A stretch of 64,000 bases of DNA from Lytechinus pictus (Eukaryota). Shown here piece by piece: positions 15,001 to 30,000 of this stretch. The notes beneath the pieces were generated by a model. It had not been told where the DNA came from. It searched no databases and worked only from the letters and a program-made list of their open reading frames with translations. The stretch lies in assembly GCF_037042905.1 (NCBI RefSeq), contig NC_087251.1, positions 36,706,001-36,770,000 of the forward strand, read 5' to 3'. The translations under genes and the position numbers were made by a program. The first letter of the stretch is position 1; each line of letters begins with the position of its first letter.

Positions 15001-18000
15001 TGAGCAAAATAATAATTGTTCAATATTTCCCCCGAAACCCCCCCCAAATCAGCCGTCTTCGCTCCCTGGGATGTTTTAGCATCTTAACCGATTATTACAG
15101 CGAGAATCAAGAGAATCAAGAGGATCCAGGGAGTTTGAATTTTCGACCCCCTCGCGACATGGAAAATTGGGCAAAATTGGCCAAAATTGAGCAAAATAAT
15201 ATTTGTTCAATATTTCCCCCGAAACCCCCCAAAATCAGCCGTCTTTGCTACCTGGGATGTTTTAGCATCCTAACCGATTATTACAGCGAGAATCAAGAGG
15301 ATCCAGGGAGTTTGAATTTTCGACCCCATTGCCCCACCCGCGACATGGAAAATTGGGCAAAATTTGCCAAAATTGAGCAAAATAATATTTGTTCAATATT
15401 TCCCCCGAAACCCCCCCAAATCAGCCGTCTTCGCTCCCTGGGATGTTTTAGCATCCTAACCGATTATAACAGCGAGAATCAAGAGGATCCAGGGAGTTTG
15501 AACTTTCGCCCCCCTCGCCCCACCCGCGACATGGAAAATTGGCCAAAATTGAGCAAAATAATATTTGTTCAATATTTCCCCCGAAACCCCCCCAAATCAG
15601 CCGTCTTCGCTCCCTGGGATGTTTTAGCATCCTAACCGATTATTACAGCGAGAATCATGAGGATCCAGGGAGTTTGAATTTTTGACCCCCTCGCCCCACC
15701 CGCGACATGGAAAATTTGGCAAAATTTGCCAAAATTGAGCAAAATAATATTTGTTCAATATTTCCCCCGAAACCCCCCAAAATCAGCCGTCTTTGCTACC
15801 TGGGATGTTTTAGCATCCTAACCGATTATTACAGCGAGAATCAAGAGGATCCAGGGAGTTTGAATTTTCGACCCCATTGCCCCACCCGCGACATGGAAAA
15901 TTGGGCAAAATTTGCCAAAATTGAGCAAAATAATATTTGTTCAATATTTCCCCCGAAACCCCCCCAAATCAGCCGTCTTCGCTCCCTGGGATGTTTTAGC
16001 ATCCTAACCGATTATAACAGCGAGAATCAAGAGGATCCAGGGAGTTTGAACTTTCGCCCCCCTCGCCCCACCCGCGACATGGAAAATTGGCCAAAATTGA
16101 GCAAAATAATATTTGTTCAATATTTCCTCCGAAACCCCCCCAAATCAGCCGTCTTCGCTCCCTGGGATGTTTTAGCATCCTAACCGATTATTACAGCGAG
16201 AATCATGAGGATCCAGGGAGTTTGAATTTTTGACCCCCTCGCCCCACCCGCGACATGGAAAATTGGGCAAAATTTGCCAAAATTGAGCAAAATAATATTT
16301 GTTCAATATTTCCCCCGAAACCCCCCCAAATCAGCCGTCTTCGCTCCCTGGGATGTTTTAGCATCCTAACCGATTATAACAGCGAGAATCAAGAGGATCC
16401 AGGGAGTTTGAATTTTCGACCCCCTCGCCCCACCCGCGACATGGAAAATTGGGCAAAATTGGGCAAAATTGAGCAAAATAATATTTGTTCAATATTTCCC
16501 CCGAAACCCCCCCAAATCAGCCGTCTTCGCTCCTTGGGATGTTTTAGCATCCTAACCGATTATTACAGCGAGAATCAAGAGGATCCAGGGAGTTGTAATT
16601 TTCGACCCCATTGCCCCACCCGCGACATGGAAAATTGGCCAAAATTTAGCAAAATAATAATTGTTCAATATTTCCCCCGAAACCCCCCCAAATCAGCCGT
16701 CTTCGCTCCCTGGGATGTTTTAGCATCCTAACCGATTATTACAGCGAGAATCAAGAGAATCAAGAGGATCCAGGGAGTTTGAATTTTCGACCCCCTCGCC
16801 CCACCCGTGACATGGAAAATTGGGCAAAATTGGCCAAAATTGAGCAAAATAATATTTGTTCAATATTTCCCACGAAACCCCCCAAAATCAGCCATCTTCG
16901 CTCCCTGGGATGTTTTAGCATCCTAACCGATTATTACAGCGAGAATCAAGAGGATCCAGGGAGTTTGAATTTTCGACTCCATTGCCCCACCCACGAAAGG
17001 AAAATTGTGCAAATTTTGCCAAAATTGAGCAAAATAATAATTGTTCAATATTTCCCCCGAAACCCCCCCCAAATCAGCCGTCTTCGCTCCCTGGGATGTT
17101 TTAGCATCTTAACCGATTATTACAGCGAGAATCAAGAGAATCAAGAGGATCCAGGGAGTTTGAATTTTCGACCCCCTCGCGACATGGAAAATTGGGCAAA
17201 ATTGGCCAAAATTGAGCAAAATAATATTTGTTCAATATTTCCCCCGAAACCCCCCAAAATCAGCCGTCTTTGCTACCTGGGATGTTTTAGCATCCTAACC
17301 GATTATTACAGCGAGAATCAAGAGGATCCAGGGAGTTTGAATTTTCGACCCCATTGCCCCACCCGCGACATGGAAAATTGGGCAAAATTTGCCAAAATTG
17401 AGCAAAATAATATTTGTTCAATATTTCCCCCGAAACCCCCCCAAATCAGCCGTCTTCGCTCCCTGGGATGTTTTAGCATCCTAACCGATTATAACAGCGA
17501 GAATCAAGAGGATCCAGGGAGTTTGAACTTTCGCCCCCCTCGCCCCACCCGCGACATGGAAAATTGGCCAAAATTGAGCAAAATAATATTTGTTCAATAT
17601 TTCCTCCGAAACCCCCCCAAATCAGCCGTCTTCGCTCCCTGGGATGTTTTAGCATCCTAACCGATTATTACAGCGAGAATCATGAGGATCCAGGGAGTTT
17701 GAATTTTTGACCCCCTCGCCCCACCCGCGACATGGAAAATTGGGCAAAATTTGCCAAAATTGAGCAAAATAATATTTGTTCAATATTTCCCCCGAAACCC
17801 CCCCAAATCAGCCGTCTTCGCTCCCTGGGATGTTTTAGCATCCTAACCGATTATAACAGCGAGAATCAAGAGGATCCAGGGAGTTTGAATTTTCGACCCC
17901 CTCGCCCCACCCGCGACATGGAAAATTGGGCAAAATTGGGCAAAATTGAGCAAAATAATATTTGTTCAATATTTCCCCCGAAACCCCCCCAAATCAGCCG

Positions 18001-21000
18001 TCTTCGCTCCTTGGGATGTTTTAGCATCCTAACCGATTATTACAGCGAGAATCAAGAGGATCCAGGGAGTTGTAATTTTCGACCCCATTGCCCCACCCGC
18101 GACATGGAAAATTGGCCAAAATTTAGCAAAATAATAATTGTTCAATATTTCCCCCGAAACCCCCCCAAATCAGCCGTCTTCGCTCCCTGGGATGTTTTAG
18201 CATCCTAACCGATTATTACAGCGAGAATCAAGAGAATCAAGAGGATCCAGGGAGTTTGAATTTTCGACCCCCTCGCCCCACCCGTGACATGGAAAATTGG
18301 GCAAAATTGGCCAAAATTGAGCAAAATAATATTTGTTCAATATTTCCCACGAAACCCCCCAAAATCAGCCGTCTTCGCTCCCTGGGATGTTTTAGCATCC
18401 TAACCGATTATTACAGCGAGAATCAAGAGGATCCAGGGAGTTTGAATTTTCGACTCCATTGCCCCACCCACGAAAGGAAAATTGTGCAAATTTTGCCAAA
18501 ATTGAGCAAAATAATAATTGTTCAATATTTCCCCCGAAACCCCCCCCAAATCAGCCGTCTTCGCTCCCTGGGATGTTTTAGCATCTTAACCGATTATTAC
18601 AGCGAGAATCAAGAGAATCAAGAGGATCCAGGGAGTTTGAATTTTCGACCCCCTCGCGACATGGAAAATTGGGCAAAATTGGCCAAAATTGAGGAAATTA
18701 ATATTTGTTCAATATTTCCCCCGAATCGCCCCCAAATCAGCCGTCTTTGCTCCCTGGGATGTTTTAGCATCCTAACCGATTATAACAGCGAGAATCAAGA
18801 GGATCCAGGGAGTTTGAACTTTCGCCCCCCTCGCCCCACCCGCGACATGGAAAATTGGCCAAAATTGAGCAAAATAATATTTGTTCAATATTTCCCCCGA
18901 AACCCCCCCAAATCAGCCGTCTTCGCTCCCTGGGATGTTTTAGCATCCTAACCGATTATTACAGCGAGAATCAAGAGGATGCTGGGAGTTTAAATTTTTG
19001 ACCCCATTGCCCCACCCGCGACATGGAAAATTGGGCAAAATTGGCAAAAATTGAGCAGAATAATATTTGTTTAATATTTCCCCCGAAATCCCCCCAAATC
19101 AGCCGTCTTCGCTCTCTGGGATGTTTTAGCATCCTAACCGATTATTACAGCGAGAATCAAGAGGATCCAGGGAGTTTGAATTTTCGACCCCCTCGCCCCA
19201 CCCGCGACATGGAAAATTGGGCAAAATTGGCCAAAATTGAGCAAAATAATATTTGTTCAATATTTCCCCCGAAACCCCCCAAAATCAGCCGTCTTCGCTC
19301 CCTGGGATGTTTTAGCATCCTAACCGATTATTACAGCGAGAATCAAGAGGATCCAGGGAGTTTGAATTTTCGACTCCATTGCCCCACCCGCGACATGGAA
19401 AATTGGGCAAAATTGGCCAAAATTGAGCAAAATAATAATTGTTCAATATTTCCCCCGAAACCCCCCCAAATCAGCCGTCTTCGCTCCCTGGGATGTTTTA
19501 GCATCCTAACCGATTATTACAGCGAGAATCAAGAGGATCCAGGGAGTTTGAATTTTCGACCCCCTCGCCCCACCCGCGACATGGAAAATTGGGCAAAATT
19601 GGGCAAAATTGAGCAAAATAATATTTGTTCAATATTTCCCCCGAAACCCCCCCAAATCAGCCGTCTTCGCTCCCTGGAATGTTTTAGCATCCTAACCGAT
19701 TATTACAGCGAGAATCAAGAGGATCCAGAGAGTTTAAATTTTCGACCCCCTTGCCCCACCCACGACATGGAAAATTGGGCAAAATTGGCCAAAATTGAGC
19801 AAAATAATATTTGTTCAATATTTCCCACGAAACCCCCCAAAATCAGCCGTCTTCGCTCCCTGGGATGTTTTAGCATCCTAACCGATTATTACAGCGAGAA
19901 TCAAGAGGATCCAGGGAGTTTGAATTTTCGACTCCATTGCCCCACCCACGAAAGGAAAATTGGGCAAATTTGGCCAAAATTGAGCAAAATAATAATTGTT
20001 CAATATTTCCCCCGAAACCCCCCCCAAATCAGCCGTCTTCGCTCCCTGGGATGTTTTAGCATCTTAACCGATTATTACAGCGAGAATCAAGAGAATCAAG
20101 AGGATCCAGGGAGTTTGAATTTTCGACCCCCTCGCGACATGGAAAATTGGGCAAAATTGGCCAAAATTGAGCAAATTAATATTTGTTCAATATTTCCCCC
20201 GAATCGCCCCCAAATCAGCCGTCTTTGCTCCCTGGGATGTTTTAGCATCCTAACCGATTATAACAGCGAGAATCAAGAGGATCCAGGGAGTTTGAACTTT
20301 CGCCCCCCTCGCCCCACCCGCGACATGGAAAATTGGCCAAAATTGAGCAAAATAATATTTGTTCAATATTTCCCCCGAAACCCCCCCAAATCAGCCGTCT
20401 TCGCTCCCTGGGATGTTTTAGCATCCTAACCGATTATTACAGCGAGAATCAAGAGGATGCTGGGAGTTTAAATTTTTGACCCCATTGCCCCACCCGCGAC
20501 ATGGAAAATTGGGCAAAATTGGCAAAAATTGAGCAGAATAATATTTGTTTAATATTTCCCCCGAAATCCCCCCAAATCAGCCGTCTTCGCTCTCTGGGAT
20601 GTTTTAGCATCCTAACCGATTATTACAGCGAGAATCAAGAGGATCCAGGGAGTTTGAATTTTCGACCCCCTCGCCCCACCCGCGACATGGAAAATTGGGC
20701 AAAATTGGCCAAAATTGAGCAAAATAATATTTGTTCAATATTTCCCCCGAAACCCCCCAAAATCAGCCGTCTTCGCTCCCTGGGATGTTTTAGCATCCTA
20801 ACCGATTATTACAGCGAGAATCAAGAGGATCCAGGGAGTTTGAATTTTCGACTCCATTGCCCCACCCGCGACATGGAAAATTGGGCAAAATTGGCCAAAA
20901 TTGAGCAAAATAATAATTGTTCAATATTTCCCCCGAAACCCCCCCAAATCAGCCGTCTTCGCTCCCTGGGATGTTTTAGCATCCTAACCGATTATTACAG

Positions 21001-24000
21001 CGAGAATCAAGAGGATCCAGGGAGTTTGAATTTTTGACCCCCTCGCCCCACCCGCGACATGGAAAATTGGGCAAAATTGGGCAAAATTGAGCAAAATAAT
21101 ATTTGTTCAATATTTCCCCCGAAACCCCCCCAAATCAGCCGTCTTCGCTCCCTGGAATGTTTTAGCATCCTAACCGATTATTACAGCGAGAATCAAGAGG
21201 ATCCAGAGAGTTTAAATTTTCGACCCCCTTGCCCCACCCACGACATGGAAAATTGGGCAAGATTGGCCAAATTTGAGCAAAATAACATTTGTTCAATATT
21301 TCCCCCGAAACCCCCCCCAAATCAGCCGTCTTCGCTCCCTGGGATGTTTTAGCATCCTAACCGATTATTAAAGCGAGAATCATGAGGATCCAGGGAGTTT
21401 GAATTTTCGACCCCCTCGCCCAACCCGCGACATGGAAAATTGGGCAAAATTGAGCAAAATATTACTTGTTCAATATTTCCCCCGAAACCCCCCCAAATCA
21501 GCCGTCTTCGCTCCCTGGGATGTTTTAGCATCCTAACCGATTATTACAGCGAGAATCAAGAGGATCCAGGGAGTTTGAATTTTCGACCCTCTCGCCCCAC
21601 CCGCGACATGGAAAATTGGGCAAAATTGGCCAAAATTGAGCAAAATAATATTTGTTCAATATTTCCCCCGAAACCCCCCCAAATCAGCCGTCTTCGCTCC
21701 CTGGAATGTTTTAGCATCCTAACCGATTATTACAGCGAGAATCAAGAGGATCCAGGGAGTTTGAATTTTCGCCCCCCTCGCCCCACCCGCGACAAGGAAA
21801 ATTGGGCAAAATTGGCCAAAATTGAGCAAAATAATATTTTTTCAATATTTCCCCTGAAACCCCCCCAAATCAGCCGTCTTCGCTCCCTGGGATGTTTTAG
21901 CATCCTAACCGATTACTACAGCGAGAATCATGAGGATCCAGGGAGTTTGAATTTTCGACCCCCTCGCCCCACCCGCGACATGGAAAATTGAGCAAAATAT
22001 TATTTGTTCAATATTTCCCCCGAAACCCCCCCAAATCAGCCGTCGTCGCTCCCTGGGATGTTTTAGCATCCTAACGGATTATTACAGCGAGAATCAAGAG
22101 GATCCAGGGAGTTTGAATTTTTGACCCCCTCGCCCCACCCGCGACATGGAAAATTGGGCAAAATTTGCCAAAATTGAGCAAAATAATATTTGTTCAATAT
22201 TTCCCCCGAAACCCCCCAAAATCAGCCGTCTTTGCTACCTGGGATGTTTTAGCATCCTAACCGATTATTACAGCGAGAATCAAGAGGATCCAGGGAGTTT
22301 GAATTTTCGACCCCATTGCCCCACCCGCGACATGGAAAATTGGGCAAAATTTGCCAAAATTGAGCAAAATAATATTTGTTCAATATTTCCCCCGAAACCC
22401 CCCCCAAATCAGCCGTCTTCGCTCCTTGGGATGTTTTAGCATCCTAACCGATTATTACAGCGAGAATCAAGAGGATCCAGGGAGTTTGAATTTTCGACCC
22501 ACTCGCCCCACCCGCGACATGGAAAATTGGGCAAAATTGGCCAAAATTGAGCAAATTAATATTTGTTCAATATTTCCCCCGAAACCCCCCCAAATCAGCC
22601 GTCTTCGCTCCCTGGAATGTTTTAGCATCCTAACCGATTATTACAGCGAGAATCAAGAGGATCCAGGGAGTTTGAATTTTCGACTCCATTGCCCCACCCG
22701 CGAAAGGAAAATTGGGCAAATTTGGCCAAAATTTAGCAAAATAATAATTGTTCATTATTTCCCCCGAAACCCCCCCAAATCAGCCGTCTTCGCTCCCTGG
22801 GATGTTTAAGCATCTTAACCGATTATTACAGCGAGAATCAAGAGAATCAAGAGGATCCAGGGAGTTTGAATTTTCGACCCCCTCGCGACATGGAAAATTG
22901 GGCAAAATTGGCCAAAATTGAGCAAATTAATATTTGTTCAATATTTCCCCCGAATCGCCCCCAAATCAGCCGTCTTTGCTCCCTGGGATGTTTTAGCATC
23001 CTAACCGATTATAACAGCGAGAATCAAGAGGATCCAGGGAGTTTGAACTATCGCCCCCCTCGCCCCACCCGCGACATGGAAAATTGGCCAAAATTGAGCA
23101 AAATAATATTTGTTCAATATTTCCCCCGAAACCCCCCCAAATCAGCCGTCTTCGCTCCCTGGGATGTTTTAGCATCCTAACCGATTATTACAGCGAGAAT
23201 CAAGAGGATGCTGAGAGTTTAAATTTTTGACCCCATTGCCCCACCCGCGACATGGAAAATTGGGCAAAATTGGCAAAAATTGAGCAGAATAATATTTGTT
23301 TAATATTTCCCCCGAAATCCCCCCAAATCAGCCGTCTTCGCTCTCTGGGATGTTTTAGCATCCTAACCGATTATTACAGCGAGAATCAAGAGAATCAAGA
23401 GGATCCAGGGAGTTTGAATTTTCGACCCCCTCGCCCCACCCGCGACATGGAAAATTGGGCAAAATTGGCCAAAATTGAGCAAAATAATATTTGTTCAATA
23501 TTTCCCCCGAAACCCCCCAAAATCAGCCGTCTTCGCTCCCTGGGATGTTTTAGCATCCTAACCGATTATTACAGCGAGAATCAAGAGGATCCAGGGAGTT
23601 TGAATTTTCGACTCCATTGCCCCACCCGCGACATGGAAAATTGGGCAAAATTGGGCAAAATTGAGCAAAATAATAATTGTTCAATATTTCCCCCGAAACC
23701 CCCCCAAATCAGCCGTCTTCGCTCCCTGGGATGTTTTAGCATCCTAACCGATTATTACAGCGAGAATCAAGAGAATCAAGAGGATCCAGGGAGTTTGAAT
23801 TTTCGACCCCCTCGCCCCACCCGCGACATGGAAAATTGGGCAAAATTGGGCAAAATTGAGCAAAATAATATTTGTTCAATATTTCCCCCGAAACCCCCCC
23901 AAATCAGCCGTCTTCGCTCCCTGGAATGTTTTAGCATCCTAACCGATTATTACAGCGAGAATCAAGAGGATCCAGAGAGTTTGAATTTTCGACACCCTTG

Positions 24001-27000
24001 CCCCACCCACGACATGGAAAATTGGGCAAGATTGGCCAAATTTGAGCAAAATAACATTTGTTCAATATTTCCCCCGAAACCCCCCCAAATCAGCCGTCTT
24101 CGCTCCCTGGGATGTTTTAGCATCCTAACCGATTATTAAAGCGAGAATCATGAGGATCCAGGGAGTTTGAATTTTCGACCCCCTCGCCCAACCCGCGACA
24201 TGGAAAATTGGGCAAAATTGGGCAAAATTGAGCAAAATATTACTTGTTCAATATTTCCCCCGAAACCCCCCCAAATCAGCCGTCTTCGCTCCCTGGGATG
24301 TTTTAGCATCCTAACCGATTATTACAGCGAGAATCAAGAGGATCCAGGGAGTTTGAATTTTCGACCCTCTCGCCCCACCCGCGACATGGAAAATTGGGCA
24401 AAATTGGCCAAAATTGAGCAAAATAACATTTGTTCAATATTTCCCCCGAAACCCCCCCCAAATCAGCCGTCTTCGCTCCCTGGGATGTTTTAGCATCCTA
24501 ACCGATTATTAAAGCGAGAATCATGAGGATCCAGGGAGTTTGAATTTTCGACCCCCTCGCCCAACCCGCGACATGGAAAATTGGGCAAAATTGAGCAAAA
24601 TATTACTTGTTCAATATTTCCCCCGAAACCCCCCCAAATCAGCCGTCTTCGCTCCCTGGGATGTTTTAGCATCCTAACCGATTATTACAGCGAGAATCAA
24701 GAGGATCCAGGGAGTTTGAATTTTCGACCCTCTCGCCCCACCCGCGACATGGAAAATTGGGCAAAATTGGCCAAAATTGAGCAAAATAATATTTGTTCAA
24801 TATTTCCCCCGAAACCCCCCCAAATCAGCCGTCTTCGCTCCCTGGAATGTTTTAGCATCCTAACCGATTATTACAGCGAGAATCAAGAGGATCCAGGGAG
24901 TTTGAATTTTCGCCCCCCTCGCCCCACCCGCGACAAGGAAAATTGGGCAAAATTGGCCAAAATTGAGCAAAATAATATTTTTTCAATATTTCCCCTGAAA
25001 CCCCCCCAAATCAGCCGTCTTCGCTCCCTGGGATGTTTTAGCATCCTAACCGATTACTACAGCGAGAATCATGAGGATCCAGGGAGTTTGAATTTTCGAC
25101 CCCCTCACCCAACCCGCGACATGGAAAATTGGGCAAAATTGAGCAAAATATTACTTGTTCAATATTTCCCCCGAAACCCCCCCAAATCAGCCGTCTTCGC
25201 TCCCTGGGATGTTTTAGCATCCTAACCGATTATTACAGCGAGAATCAAGAGGATCCAGGGAGTTTGAATTTTCGACCCTCTCGCCCCACCCGCGACATGG
25301 AAAATTGGGCAAAATTGGCCAAAATTGAGCAAAATAATATTTGTTCAATATTTCCCCCGAAACCCCCCCAAATCAGCCGTCTTCGCTCCCTGGAATGTTT
25401 TAGCATCCTAACCGATTATTACAGCGAGAATCAAGAGGATCCAGGGAGTTTGAATTTTCGCCCCCCTCGCCCCACCCGCGACAAGGAAAATTGGGCAAAA
25501 TTGGCCAAAATTGAGCAAAATAATATTTTTTCAATATTTCCCCTGAAACCCCCCCAAATCAGCCGTCTTCGCTCCCTGGGATGTTTTAGCATCCTAACCG
25601 ATTACTACAGCGAGAATCATGAGGATCCAGGGAGTTTGAATTTTCGACCCCCTCGCCCCACCCGCGACATGGAAAATTGAGCAAAATATTATTTGTTCAA
25701 TATTTCCCCCGAAACCCCCCCAAATCAGCCGTCGTCGCTCCCTGGGATGTTTTAGCATCCTAACGGATTATTACAGCGAGAATCAAGAGGATCCAGGGAG
25801 TTTGAATTTTTGACCCCCTCGCCCCACCCGCGACATGGAAAATTGGGCAAAATTTGCCAAAATTGAGCAAAATAATATTTGTTCAATATTTCCCCCGAAA
25901 CCCCCCAAAATCAGCCGTCTTTGCTACCTGGGATGTTTTAGCATCCTAACCGATTATTACAGCGAGAATCAAGAGGATCCAGGGAGTTTGAATTTTCGAC
26001 CCCATTGCCCCACCCGCGACATGGAAAATTGGGCAAAATTTGCCAAAATTGAGCAAAATAATATTTGTTCAATATTTCCCCCGAAACCCCCCCCCAAATC
26101 AGCCGTCTTCGCTCCTTGGGATGTTTTAGCATCCTAACCGATTATTACAGCGAGAATCAAGAGGATCCAGGGAGTTTGAATTTTCGACCCACTCGCCCCA
26201 CCCGCGACATGGAAAATTGGGCAAAATTGGCCAAAATTGAGCAAATTAATATTTGTTCAATATTTCCCCCGAAACCCCCCCAAATCAGCTGTCTTCGCTC
26301 CCTGGAATGTTTTAGCATCCTAACCGATTATTACAGCGAGAATCAAGAGGATCCAGGGAGTTTGAATTTTCGACTCCATTGCCCCACCCGCGAAAGGAAA
26401 ATTGGGCAAATTTGGCCAAAATTTAGCAAAATAATAATTGTTCATTATTTCCCCCGAAACCCCCCCAAATCAGCCGTCTTCGCTCCCTGGGATGTTTTAG
26501 CATCTTAACCGATTATTACAGCGAGAATCAAGAGAATCAAGAGGATCCAGGGAGTTTGAATTTTCGACCCCCTCGCGACATGGAAAATTGGGCAAAATTG
26601 GCCAAAATTGAGCAAATTAATATTTGTTCAATATTTCCCCCGAATCGCCCCCAAATCAGCCGTCTTTGCTCCCTGGGATGTTTTAGCATCCTAACCGATT
26701 ATAACAGCGAGAATCAAGAGGATCCAGGGAGTTTGAACTATCGCCCCCCTCGCCCCACCCGCGACATGGAAAATTGGCCAAAATTGAGCAAAATAATATT
26801 TGTTCAATATTTCCCCCGAAACCCCCCCAAATCAGCCGTCTTCGCTCCCTGGGATGTTTTAGCATCCTAACCGATTATTACAGCGAGAATCAAGAGGATG
26901 CTGGGAGTTTAAATTTTTGACCCCATTGCCCCACCCGCGACATGGAAAATTGGGCAAAATTGGCAAAAATTGAGCAGAATAATATTTGTTTAATATTTCC

Positions 27001-30000
27001 CCCGAAATCCCCCCAAATCAGCCGTCTTCGCTCTCTGGGATGTTTTAGCATCCTAACCGATTATTACAGCGAGAATCAAGAGAATCAAGAGGATCCAGGG
27101 AGTTTGAATTTTCGACCCCCTCGCCCCACCCGCGACATGGAAAATTGGGCAAAATTGGCCAAAATTGAGCAAAATAATATTTGTTCAATATTTCCCCCGA
27201 AACCCCCCAAAATCAGCCGTCTTCGCTCCCTGGGATGTTTTAGCATCCTAACCGATTATTACAGCGAGAATCAAGAGGATCCAGGGAGTTTGAATTTTCG
27301 ACTCCATTGCCCCACCCGCGACATGGAAAATTGGGCAAAATTGGGCAAAATTGAGCAAAATAATAATTGTTCAATATTTCCCCCGAAACCCCCCCAAATC
27401 AGCCGTCTTCGCTCCCTGGGATGTTTTAGCATCCTAACCGATTATTACAGCGAGAATCAAGAGAATCAAGAGGATCCAGGGAGTTTGAATTTTCGACCCC
27501 CTCGCCCCACCCGCGACATGGAAAATTGGGCAAAATTGGGCAAAATTGAGCAAAATAATATTTGTTCAATATTTCCCCCGAAACCCCCCCAAATCAGCCG
27601 TCTTCGCTCCCTGGAATGTTTTAGCATCCTAACCGATTATTACAGCGAGAATCAAGAGGATCCAGAGAGTTTGAATTTTCGACACCCTTGCCCCACCCAC
27701 GACATGGAAAATTGGGCAAGATTGGCCAAATTTGAGCAAAATAACATTTGTTCAATATTTCCCCCGAAACCCCCCCAAATCAGCCGTCTTCGCTCCCTGG
27801 GATGTTTTAGCATCCTAACCGATTATTAAAGCGAGAATCATGAGGATCCAGGGAGTTTGAATTTTCGACCCCCTCGCCCAACCCGCGACATGGAAAATTG
27901 GGCAAAATTGGGCAAAATTGAGCAAAATATTACTTGTTCAATATTTCCCCCGAAACCCCCCCAAATCAGCCGTCTTCGCTCCCTGGGATGTTTTAGCATC
28001 CTAACCGATTATTACAGCGAGAATCAAGAGGATCCAGGGAGTTTGAATTTTCGACCCTCTCGCCCCACCCGCGAAATGGAAAATTGGGCAAAATTGGCCA
28101 AAATTGAGCAAAATAACATTTGTTCAATATTTCCCCCGAAACCCCCCCCAAATCAGCCGTCTTCGCTCCCTGGGATGTTTTAGCATCCTAACCGATTATT
28201 AAAGCGAGAATCATGAGGATCCAGGGAGTTTGAATTTTCGACCCCCTCGCCCAACCCGCGACATGGAAAATTGGGCAAAATTGAGCAAAATATTACTTGT
28301 TCAATATTTCCCCCGAAACCCCCCCAAATCAGCCGTCTTCGCTCCCTGGGATGTTTTAGCATCCTAACCGATTATTACAGCGAGAATCAAGAGGATCCAG
28401 GGAGTTTGAATTTTCGACCCTCTCGCCCCACCCGCGACATGGAAAATTGGGCAAAATTGGCCAAAATTGAGCAAAATAATATTTGTTCAATATTTCCCCC
28501 GAAACCCCCCCAAATCAGCCGTCTTCGCTCCCTGGGATGTTTTAGCATCCTAACCGATTATTACAGCGAGAATCAAGAGGATCCAGGGAGTTTGAATTTT
28601 CGACCCTCTCGCCCCACCCGCGAAATGGAAAATTGGGCAAAATTGGCCAAAATTGAGCAAAATAACATTTGTTCAATATTTCCCCCGAAACCCCCCCCAA
28701 ATCAGCCGTCTTCGCTCCCTGGGATGTTTTAGCATCCTAACCGATTATTAAAGCGAGAATCATGAGGATCCAGGGAGTTTGAATTTTCGACCCCCTCGCC
28801 CAACCCGCGACATGGAAAATTGGGCAAAATTGAGCAAAATATTACTTGTTCAATATTTCCCCCGAAACCCCCCCAAATCAGCCGTCTTCGCTCCCTGGGA
28901 TGTTTTAGCATCCTAACCGATTATTACAGCGAGAATCATGAGGATCCAGGGAGTTTGAATTTTCGACCCCCTCGCCCAACCCGCGACATGGAAAATTGGG
29001 CAAAATTGAGCAAAATATTACTTGTTCAATATTTCCCCCGAAACCCCCCCAAATCAGCCGTCTTCGCTCCCTGGGATGTTTTAGCATCCTAACCGATTAT
29101 TACAGCGAGAATCAAGAGGATCCAGGGAGTTTGAATTTTCGACCCTCTCGCCCCACCCGCGACATGGAAAATTGGGCAAAATTGGCCAAAATTGAGCAAA
29201 ATAATATTTGTTCAATATTTCCCCCGAAACCCCCCCAAATCAGCCGTCTTCGCTCCCTGGAATGTTTTAGCATCCTAACCGATTATTACAGCGAGAATCA
29301 AGAGGATCCAGGGAGTTTGAATTTTCGCCCCCCTCGCCCCACCCGCGACAAGGAAAATTGGGCAAAATTGGCCAAAATTGAGCAAAATAATATTTTTTCA
29401 ATATTTCCCCTGAAACCCCCCCAAATCAGCCGTCTTCGCTCCCTGGGATGTTTTAGCATCCTAACCGATTACTACAGCGAGAATCATGAGGATCCAGGGA
29501 GTTTGAATTTTCGACCCCCTCGCCCCACCCGCGACATGGAAAATTGAGCAAAATATTATTTGTTCAATATTTCCCCCGAAACCCCCCCAAATCAGCCGTC
29601 GTCGCTCCCTGGGATGTTTTAGCATCCTAACGGATTATTACAGCGAGAATCAAGAGGATCCAGGGAGTTTGAATTTTTGACCCCCTCGCCCCACCCGCGA
29701 CATGGAAAATTGGGCAAAATTTGCCAAAATTGAGCAAAATAATATTTGTTCAATATTTCCCCCGAAACCCCCCAAAATCAGCCGTCTTTGCTACCTGGGA
29801 TGTTTTAGCATCCTAACCGATTATTACAGCGAGAATCAAGAGGATCCAGGGAGTTTGAATTTTCGACCCCATTGCCCCACCCGCGACATGGAAAATTGGG
29901 CAAAATTTGCCAAAATTGAGCAAAATAATATTTGTTCAATATTTCCCCCGAAACCCCCCCCAAATCAGCCGTCTTCGCTCCTTGGGATGTTTTAGCATCC